64,000 nucleotides of DNA from the NCBI GenBank assembly GCA_965223505.1, contig CBDCWP010000030.1, positions 192,001 to 256,000 of the forward strand, in the 5' to 3' direction. This DNA comes from Planctomycetota bacterium (lineage in GTDB: Bacteria > Planctomycetota > PLA2 > JAEUHO01). The notes below the pieces were generated by a model. That model did not search any database and was not told the DNA's origin. It saw only the letters and a program-made list of their open reading frames with translations. Shown here one piece after another: positions 38,892-49,289 of this stretch (positions are counted from its first letter, which is position 1; every line of letters begins with the position of its first letter). The position numbers were made by a program, and so were the translations under genes.

Positions 38892-41800
38892 GTGATCGGC
38901 AGCCGCGTCAGCGCCTACGAGGTCCTCTCCGAACTGGGTTCGGGCGGCATGGGGGCGGTCTACCTCGCCCGGTGCGCCGAAGCGTCGGCCGGGCTGGACG
39001 TCAGCACGCAGGTCGCGCTGAAGGTCATCCATCCGAACCTGCTGAGCCAGCCGGGGTTCTTCAAGCGCTTCCTGCGCGAGGCCCAGATCGGCCAGGACGT
39101 GCAGCACGAGAACGTCGTGCGGACCTACGACTGCGACGCGACCGACGTCGATGGCGCGGCCGCGCACTTCCTGGTCATGGAGTACGTCGAGGGCCAGACG
39201 CTGCGCGATCTCCTCGACGAGTTGGAGCGCGTCCCCGAGGAACTCTGCCGCCACGTCGGGTGCGAGGTGGCCAAGGGCTTGGCGGCGATCCACGAGGTGG
39301 GGGTCGTCCACCGCGACATCAAGCCCGAGAACGTGCTCATCACCGAGGACCACGTCGTGAAGGTGATGGACCTGGGCGTGGCGCGGCTCCAGGACGAGGC
39401 GATCCGGCTCTCGCAAACCGGGGCATTCGTGGGATCGCTGGAGTACGCCGCGCCCGAGCAGTTCCGCTCGGCCGACGGTGAGCCGGACGGACGCGCCGAC
39501 CTGCACTCCTTGGGCGTCGTGCTCTACGAGTTGGCGACGGGGCAGCATCCCTACCGCGACGAGGACGCCTCGAAGGTCCTGCGCAACATCCTCGACGTGG
39601 CGCCGAGGAAGGCGGGGGAGGTGAACCCGCAGCTATCGCCGTTCTTCGAGGAGGTCATCGGCACGCTGATCGCCAAGGACCGCGATGAACGGTTCGCCGA
39701 TGCGGCCGCCCTCGCGGCCGTGCTGGAGGAGGGCGAGCAGGGCGAGTGGTGGAAGGATCGCGCGAAGGCGCTGCGCATCGAGACGAAACGACCGCTGCGC
39801 CGCATCCGCATCCCCCGCGAGACGGCGCTCTACGGTCGCGACGACGACCTTGCCAAGCTCCAGTCACTGTACGAGAAGGCCAGGGATGGCGATGGGCAGG
39901 TCCTGCTGATCGAGGGCGAGGCGGGCATCGGCAAGACGCGGCTGGTGGACGAGTTCGTGGGGCGGCTTCGTCAGGAGGGCGAAGACCTCAACTTCCTATT
40001 CGGCTCCTACCCTCCGGGCGGCGCGGCGACGGCTTCGGGAGCCTTCTCCGAAGCGTACCGGGCGCAGTTCGGGGCGGAGGGCCTGGAGGAGACGCTCCGA
40101 GACCACCTGACCGTCACGCCCCTGCTGGTCCCCGCATTCGCCGCTCTCCTCAAGGGCGACGCGCCTCCCAAGGACGCCGAGCCCTTGACGAAGGACTCGC
40201 TCCAGACGGTGTTCGTCCACGCGACGCGCAATCTCGCCGCCGAGCGGCCGACGATCGTCTTGATCGACGACCTGCACTTCGCGCCGGAAGACGCGCGGTC
40301 GTTGTTCATGACGCTGGCGCTCGCCGTGCCGGGGCATCCGATCTTGCTCGTCGGGACGATGCGGCCGGGGGTGGACGAGACATGGATCTCGAACTTGACG
40401 AGGCTGGACCACGCCTCGCAGGCCGCGCTGCCGCGTCTCGGGCCGAAGGACTTGTCAGCGCTCCTGGAAGATGCATTCCGGTCCGAGCGACTTGCCGACG
40501 AGTTGGGCTGGAAAATCGCCCAGAGGTCCGACGGCAACCCCTTCTTCGCCTTCGAGATCATACGGGGCCTGCGCGAGGGGCAGTTCATCACGCAGCAGTC
40601 GGACGGCACCTGGGTCAGCACGCAGGTGATCCAGGACATCCAGATCCCCTCGTCGGTGCTGGACCTCGTGAGGGCACGCATCTCCGACTTGAGCCAGGGG
40701 GAGCGAGACCTGCTCGACGTGGCGTCGTGCTGCGGCTTCGAGTTCGATCCCGGGCTGCTGGCCACGGCCCTTGGCCAAGGCCGGATCCCTGTGCTCAAGG
40801 GTCTGGCGCAGATCGAGCGCGCCCATCGGCTCGTCCGGTCACGAGGTCGCAGCTTCGTTTTCGACCACCATCAGGTGCAGGAGGCGATCTACGACAGCCT
40901 GCCCGAGATGCTGCGCGAGGAGTACCACGCAGCCATCGCCGACGCGCTGGAGACGCGCGAGCAGGCCGCAGACAAGGATCCGCAGGACCTGGATGGTGCG
41001 TTGTGCGTGGACCTGTGCGAGCACTTCCTTCGAGGGGCGCAGGGGGACAAGGCTCTTCGTTATCTCGGCCCCGCCTTGAATCACTTGGAGGGAGCATATG
41101 TAAACGATCAGGCGGTCTCGCTGGTGACGCACGTCTTGGACGTCCCCGGGTTGCTGGAGGGCAGCATGCGGAGCGACACTCTGCTGCGTTTGATCTCGGT
41201 GCTCATGCGCCTCTCGCGTTACGCAGAGGCTGGAGAGGCTTGCAAGGAGGTGCTGCGCATCAGCGAGGCCCCGCGTGACCCAGCGAGAGCCGCCCAGGCT
41301 AGCGGCGAGTTGGGTTGGGCTCTCTATCGGCAGGGGCAGTACCAGGAGGCAGCCTTTAAGTTCGAGTCGGTGTTGAAGCTCGCCCGGGATCTCGGTGATC
41401 GGTCGATGGAGGCAAGGGCCGCTCTGGGTCTTGGCGGTGTGTTCGACTCCCTCGGGCAGCACATCGAGGCGCGTGCGGCTTGGGAGCGGGCCCTGGCTCT
41501 TGCCAGAGAGACTGGAGACCGGCGGACGGAGTCCGCATGCGTGACGAACATCGGCAACGCCTTCGCCGCCGAGGGGCGCAGCGCCGATGCCATCGAGCAC
41601 TACGAGATGTCGCACTCCCCGGACGATGGCCTCGAAGGCCGTTGGCGTCTCAATAGTCAGGCGATCACGCTTCACAATCGGGGAGTGGTCTTGGCGGCGC
41701 TGGGCGATCAAGAGGCGGCCGTGAGCTGTCAGGAGACGGCGATTCGAGTCAGTCGCGAGGCCGGATTCACGCACCTGACGGGCACGTCACTGATGGAGTT

Positions 41801-42296
41801 GGGACGCCTGCTGGAAGCCCGCGGCGAGCTAGAGGAGGCCGCCCGTACGCATGCTGATGGGATCCAGGTGCTCGCGGGGGTCGTGCGTGATGAGTTCGCC
41901 GCCTTGGGGCACCTCGCGTATGGGGTCCTTCTGGGACGCCTGGGCCACGAGGCCGAGGGGCGCGCCCACCTACGAGAATCGCTCGCTGTGGCTTCAGAGG
42001 CAGGAGCGCCAGGGGTGCGACTCCTCGCACTTCTCCAGCTGGAGCGTCTGGGTGAGTGTGAGGCCGAGCGTGTGCTAGCTGCCTTCGAAGAGGACAAGGA
42101 CCGCCTTCACCACGACGTGAAGCGAGAGGTCCTGCTGCTCCTCTACGACATGACGGGTGAGCGCCGGTACCTAGAGGATGCCCATCGACATCTCATGTTC
42201 TTCGTCGAGCACGCGCCCGCGCAGTACCGCGAGACCACGCTCACCAACGTCAGACTGCACCGCGAGATCATGGAGGCGTGGGACGAGCAGCAATAG
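38892..42296 (+). CDS. Ser/Thr kinase-STAND ATPase-TPR protein, copy 1
   Basis: LGSGGMGAVY, HRDIKPEN, DLG, YAAPE; Walker A GEAGIGKT, Walker B IDDLH, SDGNPFF; TPR-like C-terminal part. Confidence 0.93.
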   Translation: MIGSRVSAYEVLSELGSGGMGAVYLARCAEASAGLDVSTQVALKVIHPNLLSQPGFFKRFLREAQIGQDVQHENVVRTYDCDATDVDGAAAHFLVMEYVEGQTLRDLLDELERVPEELCRHVGCEVAKGLAAIHEVGVVHRDIKPENVLITEDHVVKVMDLGVARLQDEAIRLSQTGAFVGSLEYAAPEQFRSADGEPDGRADLHSLGVVLYELATGQHPYRDEDASKVLRNILDVAPRKAGEVNPQLSPFFEEVIGTLIAKDRDERFADAAALAAVLEEGEQGEWWKDRAKALRIETKRPLRRIRIPRETALYGRDDDLAKLQSLYEKARDGDGQVLLIEGEAGIGKTRLVDEFVGRLRQEGEDLNFLFGSYPPGGAATASGAFSEAYRAQFGAEGLEETLRDHLTVTPLLVPAFAALLKGDAPPKDAEPLTKDSLQTVFVHATRNLAAERPTIVLIDDLHFAPEDARSLFMTLALAVPGHPILLVGTMRPGVDETWISNLTRLDHASQAALPRLGPKDLSALLEDAFRSERLADELGWKIAQRSDGNPFFAFEIIRGLREGQFITQQSDGTWVSTQVIQDIQIPSSVLDLVRARISDLSQGERDLLDVASCCGFEFDPGLLATALGQGRIPVLKGLAQIERAHRLVRSRGRSFVFDHHQVQEAIYDSLPEMLREEYHAAIADALETREQAADKDPQDLDGALCVDLCEHFLRGAQGDKALRYLGPALNHLEGAYVNDQAVSLVTHVLDVPGLLEGSMRSDTLLRLISVLMRLSRYAEAGEACKEVLRISEAPRDPARAAQASGELGWALYRQGQYQEAAFKFESVLKLARDLGDRSMEARAALGLGGVFDSLGQHIEARAAWERALALARETGDRRTESACVTNIGNAFAAEGRSADAIEHYEMSHSPDDGLEGRWRLNSQAITLHNRGVVLAALGDQEAAVSCQETAIRVSREAGFTHLTGTSLMELGRLLEARGELEEAARTHADGIQVLAGVVRDEFAALGHLAYGVLLGRLGHEAEGRAHLRESLAVASEAGAPGVRLLALLQLERLGECEAERVLAAFEEDKDRLHHDVKREVLLLLYDMTGERRYLEDAHRHLMFFVEHAPAQYRETTLTNVRLHREIMEAWDEQQ

Positions 42297-42329
42297 GCGG
42301 CCTCGCTGGCGCACCTGAATATTCTCTCG

Positions 42330-42523
42330 ATGCGTTCGTCGGGACGCGGCTAGAGCACGCCGCATGGCGTGCCGAAGCGCCGCAACGCCCGAGTTCTTCG
42401 GCGTTGCGATGCACCCCCGTACGCGGGGGTGCAAGGGGGTGCATCGAACCCGCAGATCGCACTACTACCCGACGTTTCGGGCTCCGAGAGCATCACCTCG
42501 TCATCGTGGCGCATCCATGACGT
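42330..42523. repeat. Degenerate ~190-bp repeat, copy 1
   Basis: TCGTCGGGACGCGGC...AGTTCTTCGGCGTTGCGATGCACCCC...GGCGCATCCAYGACGT shared with 46918-47112. Confidence 0.8.
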
Positions 42524-42539
42524 GGGAGAGTGGGCGTGA

Positions 42540-42989
42540 CTACTCGACGTCCTCACCGAGCGTACGAAGGTCGATGAGATCCTGCGGGCGTCCCGTGGCC
42601 CGCTTGTTGCGGATCAGGTCATGCCGGGAAATCACGTGGATGGGGCAGTCGCCGTACTGCGACTCGACACGCTCCGGCCACGATTCATGGAACTCGAGGC
42701 CTGTAACACCCATCAAGATGTCGATGCGGTTCGGGGGAACACCGATCTGGTACACCATTTCTTGGTTTGCGAGATCCTCAACCGTGACTTCGGAGACCGG
42801 CGCGCCGAACGAAGTCAGCGCCCGGTGCACTCGTGCGGCGTTCTCCGCCGATGCCTCGACCCAGATGTCGAGATCCTTGGTGAAGCGAGGCTGAGCGTGG
42901 AACGTGACCGCGTAGGCCCCGACCACGAGGTAGCGGACCTTAGCGGCGTTGAATGCGAGCAGTAGATCTCTGAAGTCGGGGTTGATCAC
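42540..42989 (-). CDS. Nucleotidyltransferase (DUF6036/AbiEii-like)
   Basis: YLVVGAYAV..H..PRFTKDLDIWV, LIRNKRATGRPQDLIDL. Confidence 0.85.
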   Translation of the reverse strand: MINPDFRDLLLAFNAAKVRYLVVGAYAVTFHAQPRFTKDLDIWVEASAENAARVHRALTSFGAPVSEVTVEDLANQEMVYQIGVPPNRIDILMGVTGLEFHESWPERVESQYGDCPIHVISRHDLIRNKRATGRPQDLIDLRTLGEDVE

Positions 42990-43149
42990 CGTCGGCTCCC
43001 TGCCACACGCGGGCTTCCAGCACCATCTCCCACATGGCCTCCATGCGTCTCTCCGGAGCCACGCTACGCCAGAAGGCCGCGTCGAACGCCTGCTCGTCCT
43101 CTCCCTGGCGGACCAGACTCCCAGTTATGACGCGATCGCCAGACACCAT
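42940..43149 (-). CDS. Small partner protein of the nucleotidyltransferase
   Basis: 69 aa, DAAFWRSVAPERRMEAMWEM...PRLQRS; overlaps the nucleotidyltransferase start. Confidence 0.7.
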   Translation of the reverse strand: MVSGDRVITGSLVRQGEDEQAFDAAFWRSVAPERRMEAMWEMVLEARVWQGADGDQPRLQRSTARIQRR

Positions 43150-43255
43150 GGGCGCATTGTACCGGCCACTGGGGCCGTCCACGCGTCGGAAGACGCTGTG
43201 TCTCCGCGTGTGCGGGCCGCTTGCGCTGACAGGCCGTTCCCGCTTCACTCGTTCC

Positions 43256-46200
43256 GTGATCGGCAGCCGCATCAGCGCCTACGAGGTCCTCTCCGAGCTG
43301 GGTTCGGGTGGCATGGGGTCCGTCTATCTGGCGAGGTGCGCCGAGGAGGCGGCGGCGCTGGACGCTGGCGTCCAGGTCGCCCTCAAGGTCATCCATCCGA
43401 ACCTCCTGAGCCAGCCGGGCTTCTTCAAGCGCTTCCTGCGCGAGGCCCAGATCGGGCAGGAGGTGCAGCACGAGAACGTCGTGCGGACCTACGACTGCGA
43501 CGCGACCGACGTCGATGGCGCGGCGGCGCACTTCCTCGTCATGGAGTACGTCGAGGGCCAGACGCTGCGCGATCTCCTCGACGAGTTGGAGCGCGTCCCG
43601 GAGGAGCTCTGCCGCCACATCGGTCGCGAGGTGGCCAAGGGCTTGGCGGCGATCCACGAAGCGGGCGTCGTCCACCGCGACATCAAGCCCGAGAACGTGC
43701 TGATCACCGAGGGGCACGTCGTCAAGGTGATGGACCTGGGCGTCGCCCGCCTCCAGGACGAGGCGATCCGGCTCTCCCAGGCGGGCGCGTTCGTGGGCTC
43801 GTTGGAGTACGCGGCGCCCGAACAATTCCGTTCCGCCGATGCCGAGCCCGATGGCCGCGCCGATCTGCACTCGCTCGGCGTCGTGCTCTACGAGTTGGCC
43901 ACGGGGCAGCATCCCTACCGGGACGAGGACATCTCGAAGGTCATGCGGAACATCCTCGACGAGGAGCCGCGCAAGGCAGGGGAGATCAACCCGCAGCTAT
44001 CGCCATTCTTCGAGGAAGTGATCGGCACCCTCATCGCCAAGGAGCGCGATGCTCGCTTCGCCGATGCGGCCACCCTCGCGGGCGTGCTGGAAGAGGGCGA
44101 GGGCGGCGAGTGGTGGAAGGCGCGCGCCAAGGCGCTGCGCGTCGAGACGAAGCGTCCGCTCCGGCGGATCCGCATCCCGCGCGAGACGGCGCTCTACGGC
44201 CGCGACGACGACCTCGCGAAGCTCCACGCACTGTTCGACAACGCGAAGGCGGGGAACGGTCAAGTGCTCTTGATCGAAGGCGAAGCGGGCATCGGCAAGA
44301 CGCGCCTCGTGGACGAGTTCGTCGGGCGGCTGCGGCAAGAGGGCGAGGACATCAACTTCCTCTTCGGCAGCTACCCGCCGGGCGGAGCGGCGACGGCGGC
44401 GGGAGCCTTCTCCGAGGCGTACCGCGAGCAGTTCGGCGAGGAGGGCGCGGCACCCTGGCTTTCGCAGACGCCGATCCTGGTTCCCGCCTTCGACGCGCTG
44501 CTTCGCGGGGAGCCCGCGCCCAAGGACGCGGAGGCTCTCACGAAGGACTCGCTCGGGACGGTGTTCGTGCACGCGACGCGCAACCTCGCCGCCGAGCGGC
44601 CGACCATCGTGCTCATCGACGACCTCCACTTCGCGCCCGAGGATGCGCGGGCGTTGTTCTTGACGCTGGCCCTGGCTGCGCCCGGACATCCGATCCTGCT
44701 CGTGGGGACCATGCGCCCCGGTGTGGACGAAGAGTGGATCTCCCACGTGGCGCGGCTGGATCAGGCGTCGCACACGGGCCTGTTGCGATTGGGGCCGAAG
44801 GACCTGTTCAAGCTCCTCAAGGACTCGTTCCGTTCTGACCGCCTCGCTGAGGAACTGGGCATGCAGATCAGCGTGAAGTCCGACGGCAACCCGTTCTTCG
44901 CCTTCGAGATCATTCGGGGCCTGCGTGAGGGGCAGTTCATCACGCAGCAACTTGACGGAACCTGGGCTAGCACCCAGGTGGTCGAGGAGATCCAGATCCC
45001 GTCGTCGCTATTGGATCTCGTGAACGCGCGCGTTGCGGGCCTGTCCGAAGCAGAGCGCGATCTTCTCGATGTCGCCTGCTGCTGCGGGTTCGAGTTCGAT
45101 CCTGGCCTGATCGGGGACGTGCTGGGCCTGCGGCGCATTCCGCTGCTCAAGCGGTTCGGGCAGATCGAACGGGCGCATCGCCTCGTGCGCTCATCGGGGC
45201 GCAACTACGTCTTTGATCACCATCAAGTGCAAGAGGCTCTCTACGGCAGTCTGCACGAGCAGATGCGCGAGGAGTACCACGCCGCCATCGCCGACGCCTT
45301 GGAGGCTCGCGCGAACGCCGACGACAAGGACCCGAAGGACTTGGATGGCGCGTTGTGCGTAGACCTGTGTGAGCACTTCCTGAAGGGAGCGCAGGGAAAG
45401 TCTGCCCTCCGCTATCTCGACGCGGCGCTCACGCATCTGGAGGTGAGCTACCTAAACGAAAGCGCCATCAAACTCGCCGAGCGCGCTCTCGCGTCTCCCA
45501 GTCTGTTGGAGGGCGACCGGCGCTTCGATGTACTTTACCGAGAGAACGGAGTACTGGGCCGCCTGGGGCGCCGGGATGCGCAAGCAGAGGTTCTTGCTGA
45601 TGCGCTAGCTCTCGCCAACGGCTCGGGGAACCAGGGCGCTTCCGTGAAAGCGGAACAGGCCATGGCGTATCTGCTGGAGAGGACCGGCCGCTACGAGCTT
45701 GCGCTTCCGCACGCTCGACGGGCACTCGACATTGCCCGTGCCACCGATGATCGCAGGGGCGAGATAGGTGCGATCATCGTCGAGGGGTTAGTGCGGTACG
45801 CCCAGGGAATGTACTCGGAGGCCATCGCACAGTTCGAGCACGCACTATTGATCGCGCTGCAGATCGATGATCTCCTGGCCGAGGCCAGTGTGCGCCACAA
45901 CCTGGGGAACCCCTTGGCGAGCCTCGGGCGCATCGACGAGGCATGGGTGCACTTTAGTCGTGCGGCAGAATTGTATGAGGAGGTGGGTGACCTGCTGGCC
46001 CGGGGCAACATCGCGAACAATCTCGGACTAGTTTTGGTACTCAGAGGCCGACTTCGAGAAGCGGAATCCTGCTACGAGCGCGCTCTTGCCTACAAGCAGG
46101 CAGCGGGCGATCGTGCTTCCGAGTCCGTGACCATCGGAAACTTGGGGCAGTTGCAGTTGATGTACGGGAGCACGGACCATGCGCGGGTCGCTTGTGAGCG

Positions 46201-46768
46201 TGCGCTGACACTCGCTGAGCAATCTGGTGCACTACATGCAAGATGCGAGAGCCTCCATGCGCTTGGCATGGTGGCAGCGCAGGCTGGTGAACTTGTGCAA
46301 GCACGTGGCTGGTACGAACAGGCGTCGTCCGTTCGAAACGACGCTGGCTCGCTTCAAGGCGAAGCGGAGACTCTCTTGGCGCTTGGAGAGTGCCTGCTTC
46401 AGGAGGGACACCGCGAGCGAAGTGACGCGCTGATGGAGGCAGCCTTGGCGTTGGCAAGGGAGACGGGTGCGCGAGGCGCGGAGGTCGAAGCGGCCTGCCA
46501 CCTGGCGCTGCGACCCGGCGGGGACGTCGATGAGGCGTTGGCGTGTTTTGATGCGAGGCATGATGCGCTGGCACACCGTGAAAGGATGAGGGCGCGCTAC
46601 CTGTTGTTCAAGGCGACAGGCAGGCGCGAACACCTTGCCGAGGCCCGGCGCCTCCTGAACTACTTCGTAGAGCACGCCCCTGCGGAGCATCGCGAGTCGA
46701 TGTTGACCAACGTGCGCCTGCACCGCGAGATCATGGAGGCATGGGAGGCGCATCAGGCGGCCTCGTAG
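43256..46768 (+). CDS. Ser/Thr kinase-STAND ATPase-TPR protein, copy 2
   Basis: Same motifs as copy 1; GTG start VIGSRISAYE; TPR motifs HNLGNPL, NNLGLV, GNLGQL. Confidence 0.93.
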   Translation: MIGSRISAYEVLSELGSGGMGSVYLARCAEEAAALDAGVQVALKVIHPNLLSQPGFFKRFLREAQIGQEVQHENVVRTYDCDATDVDGAAAHFLVMEYVEGQTLRDLLDELERVPEELCRHIGREVAKGLAAIHEAGVVHRDIKPENVLITEGHVVKVMDLGVARLQDEAIRLSQAGAFVGSLEYAAPEQFRSADAEPDGRADLHSLGVVLYELATGQHPYRDEDISKVMRNILDEEPRKAGEINPQLSPFFEEVIGTLIAKERDARFADAATLAGVLEEGEGGEWWKARAKALRVETKRPLRRIRIPRETALYGRDDDLAKLHALFDNAKAGNGQVLLIEGEAGIGKTRLVDEFVGRLRQEGEDINFLFGSYPPGGAATAAGAFSEAYREQFGEEGAAPWLSQTPILVPAFDALLRGEPAPKDAEALTKDSLGTVFVHATRNLAAERPTIVLIDDLHFAPEDARALFLTLALAAPGHPILLVGTMRPGVDEEWISHVARLDQASHTGLLRLGPKDLFKLLKDSFRSDRLAEELGMQISVKSDGNPFFAFEIIRGLREGQFITQQLDGTWASTQVVEEIQIPSSLLDLVNARVAGLSEAERDLLDVACCCGFEFDPGLIGDVLGLRRIPLLKRFGQIERAHRLVRSSGRNYVFDHHQVQEALYGSLHEQMREEYHAAIADALEARANADDKDPKDLDGALCVDLCEHFLKGAQGKSALRYLDAALTHLEVSYLNESAIKLAERALASPSLLEGDRRFDVLYRENGVLGRLGRRDAQAEVLADALALANGSGNQGASVKAEQAMAYLLERTGRYELALPHARRALDIARATDDRRGEIGAIIVEGLVRYAQGMYSEAIAQFEHALLIALQIDDLLAEASVRHNLGNPLASLGRIDEAWVHFSRAAELYEEVGDLLARGNIANNLGLVLVLRGRLREAESCYERALAYKQAAGDRASESVTIGNLGQLQLMYGSTDHARVACERALTLAEQSGALHARCESLHALGMVAAQAGELVQARGWYEQASSVRNDAGSLQGEAETLLALGECLLQEGHRERSDALMEAALALARETGARGAEVEAACHLALRPGGDVDEALACFDARHDALAHRERMRARYLLFKATGRREHLAEARRLLNYFVEHAPAEHRESMLTNVRLHREIMEAWEAHQAAS

Positions 46769-46917
46769 GCGCCCCGAACATTCGTGAGATGCCCTCGTCG
46801 AGCCGCGACAGTGAGATCGACCACATCTGCTTTGATCAGACAGGTGCGTACATTCCTCTGGGTGGCTAGCTCATGCGCAAGGCTTGATGGTTTGATCGCC
46901 GGGGGGCGGCGGCAGGA

Positions 46918-47112
46918 TACGCTCGTCGGGACGCGGCAGGGGAATGCGGCTTGGCATGCGGAGGCGGCGTAGTGCCTCTAGTTCTTCGGCGTTGCGATGC
47001 ACCCCGTGTCCCCGGGGGAGCAAGGGGGAGCATCGCAGACACAGGCCAACGAATTGCGCCACGATCTGGGCTCCACGGGCGCCACGTCGTCATCGCGGCG
47101 CATCCACGACGT
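46918..47112. repeat. Degenerate ~190-bp repeat, copy 2
   Basis: Matches 42330-42523. Confidence 0.8.
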
Positions 47113-47139
47113 CGAGGACGGGGCGTAGATCGGTGTCAG

Positions 47140-47376
47140 GACGACACCCGGCCCGCGCGCTTGAGTACGGGTCACTCCAAGGATGGCGACGCCGACCTCC
47201 AGCAACAGGTAGATCACGAGTGTCACGCTGGGTCGGCCGTCGACGACGAGGCTCAGTACGCGACCTGCCGCGAGACCCGTCATCAAGAAAACGACGGAGA
47301 GCACGGCGGCTCGCGCCCAAGGGGGGCCGAACGCGGCCATCAGCCAGTAGAGCGACAGGCTCCCCCCGCGAGCAGC
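47140..47376 (-). pseudogene. Fragment of a DUF4345-like membrane protein
   Basis: FLMTGLAAGRVLSLVVDGRP....YLLLEVG; N-terminal half appears missing; ends approximate. Confidence 0.45.
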
Positions 47377-47431
47377 AGGCAGAATCTGGTGAACGTCAAG
47401 TCAGTCCTCGTTCTTCCCGCGGGCGTCTTGG

Positions 47432-47527
47432 GTCGAGCACGCGCCGGAGACGTATCGCCTCACCACGCTCACGAACGTCAGGCTCCACCGTGAGATCACG
47501 GATGCGTGGATCGCGTTGCGCGACTGA
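47432..47527 (+). pseudogene. Orphan C-terminus of a third kinase-STAND-TPR gene
   Basis: Own translation VEHAPETYRLTTLTNVRLHREITDAWIALRD*, matching VEHAPAQYRETTLTNVRLHREIMEAW of copy 1. Confidence 0.85.
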
Positions 47528-47542
47528 GCGACGCGCGGCGTC

Positions 47543-49174
47543 CTAGTTCTCGACGACCTCTTCCATGCTCGGCATCGTCTCTTGATGCGCGAGCGCCGCC
47601 ACGATGAACTCGCGGAACAACGGGTGCGGCCTCGTCGGCTTGCTCTTGAACTCGGGATGGAACTGCACACCCACGAAGTACGGATGCTCGGGTAGCTCCA
47701 CGATCTCGACCAGATCGCGCTCCGGGTTCGTCCCGCCGATCAGCATGCCCGATTCGACCAATCGATCGCGGTACTCGTTGTTGAACTCGTACCGGTGACG
47801 ATGGCGCTCCTGCACCGTCTCGTCGTCGTACGCCGCGCGTGACTTCGATCCGGCACGAAGCGCACAGACGTACGCACCCAGACGCATGGTGCCGCCCTTC
47901 TCGAGTCCCTTCTGATCCGGCATCAGGTCGATCACCGGATGCGGCGTGTGCTCGTCGAACTCCGTGCTGTGCGCACCTTCGAGCCCCGCCACGTTGCGCG
48001 CGTACTCGATCACGGCGCACTGCATGCCGAGACACAGCCCCAGGAACGGCACCCCGTTCTCGCGCGCCCAGCGGATGGCCTCGACCTTGCCCTCGATGCC
48101 GCGCTCGCCGAACCCGCCCGGCACCACGATGCCGTGCACCCCGCCCAGGCGCTGCGCCGCGTTCTCCGCCGTGATGTCCTCGGCCTGTACCCGCCGCACC
48201 CGCACCTTCGACTCCGCGTGGAAGCCCGAGTGCGCGATCGCCTCGTACACGCTCTTGTACGCGTCGGTCAGCTCGATGTACTTGCCGACCAGCGCGACCT
48301 CGACCTGTCGTTTGGGGTTGCGAATGCGCTCGAGCAACGCGTGATAGGCGTCGAGCTGCAGTTCACCCATCGGCAATCCCAGCCGCTCCGTGATCAGCCG
48401 GTCCAGGCCCTGCTCCGCCAACATCTGGGGCACCTCGTAGATGCTCGTCGGCACGTCTTGCTCTTCCACGACGCAGTCCACCGGCACGTTGCAGAACAAC
48501 GAGAGCTTCGAACGAATCTCCTGTGTCAGCGGACGCTCCGTACGACAGATCAACACATCGGGCTGGATGCCGATCTCGCGCAGCTTCATCACCGAGTGCT
48601 GGCTCGGCTTCGACTTGAGCTCGCCACTGGCCCGCAGGTACGGGATCAACGTGAGGTGGCAGACCATCGCGTTTTCGCGGCCCACGTCGAGGATGAACTG
48701 ACGAATCGCCTCGAGGAACGGCTGGCTCTCGATGTCACCCGCCGTGCCGCCGAGCTCGCAGATCAGCACCTCGGCGTCGCCGGCGCCGGCGCGGATGCCC
48801 TGCTTGATCTCGTTCGTGACGTGCGGGATGACCTGGACCGTCTTGCCCAGGTAGTCGCCGCGCCGCTCCTTCTGGATGATGCTCGCGTAGATCTTGCCGG
48901 TCGTGTAGTTGCTGTCCTTCGTCAGGACCGCGCCCTCGGTGAAGCGCTCGTAGTGGCCCAGGTCGAGATCGGTCTCGGCGCCGTCCTCGGTGACGTAGAC
49001 CTCGCCGTGCTGATAGGGCGACATCGTCCCCGGATCGACGTTGAGGTACGGGTCCAGCTTCTGGTGCTGGACGCGGACGCCGCGGCCCTCGAGAAGGAGT
49101 CCGATCGACGCGCTCGTGAGTCCTTTGCCGAGGCTCGAGGCCACGCCCCCGGTCACGAAGATGTACTTCGTCAC
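47543..49174 (-). CDS. pyrG: CTP synthase
   Basis: [55 protein letters not shown]. Confidence 0.98.
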   Translation of the reverse strand: MTKYIFVTGGVASSLGKGLTSASIGLLLEGRGVRVQHQKLDPYLNVDPGTMSPYQHGEVYVTEDGAETDLDLGHYERFTEGAVLTKDSNYTTGKIYASIIQKERRGDYLGKTVQVIPHVTNEIKQGIRAGAGDAEVLICELGGTAGDIESQPFLEAIRQFILDVGRENAMVCHLTLIPYLRASGELKSKPSQHSVMKLREIGIQPDVLICRTERPLTQEIRSKLSLFCNVPVDCVVEEQDVPTSIYEVPQMLAEQGLDRLITERLGLPMGELQLDAYHALLERIRNPKRQVEVALVGKYIELTDAYKSVYEAIAHSGFHAESKVRVRRVQAEDITAENAAQRLGGVHGIVVPGGFGERGIEGKVEAIRWARENGVPFLGLCLGMQCAVIEYARNVAGLEGAHSTEFDEHTPHPVIDLMPDQKGLEKGGTMRLGAYVCALRAGSKSRAAYDDETVQERHRHRYEFNNEYRDRLVESGMLIGGTNPERDLVEIVELPEHPYFVGVQFHPEFKSKPTRPHPLFREFIVAALAHQETMPSMEEVVEN

Positions 49175-49289
49175 GTTGTGCTCTCCCGGGAAATGCAGAT
49201 TCTATCCGGACCGCCTCCGGAGGCAGCCAATTGAGCGGGCCGCCGCATCTCTGCCTTCCGAGCCCGGTTCTACAGGACGTGGCGGACGC

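Noticed and set aside
38892..47527. Diversity-generating retroelement acting on the repeated C-termini
   Set aside because: No reverse transcriptase in the window, and differences between copies are not confined to adenines
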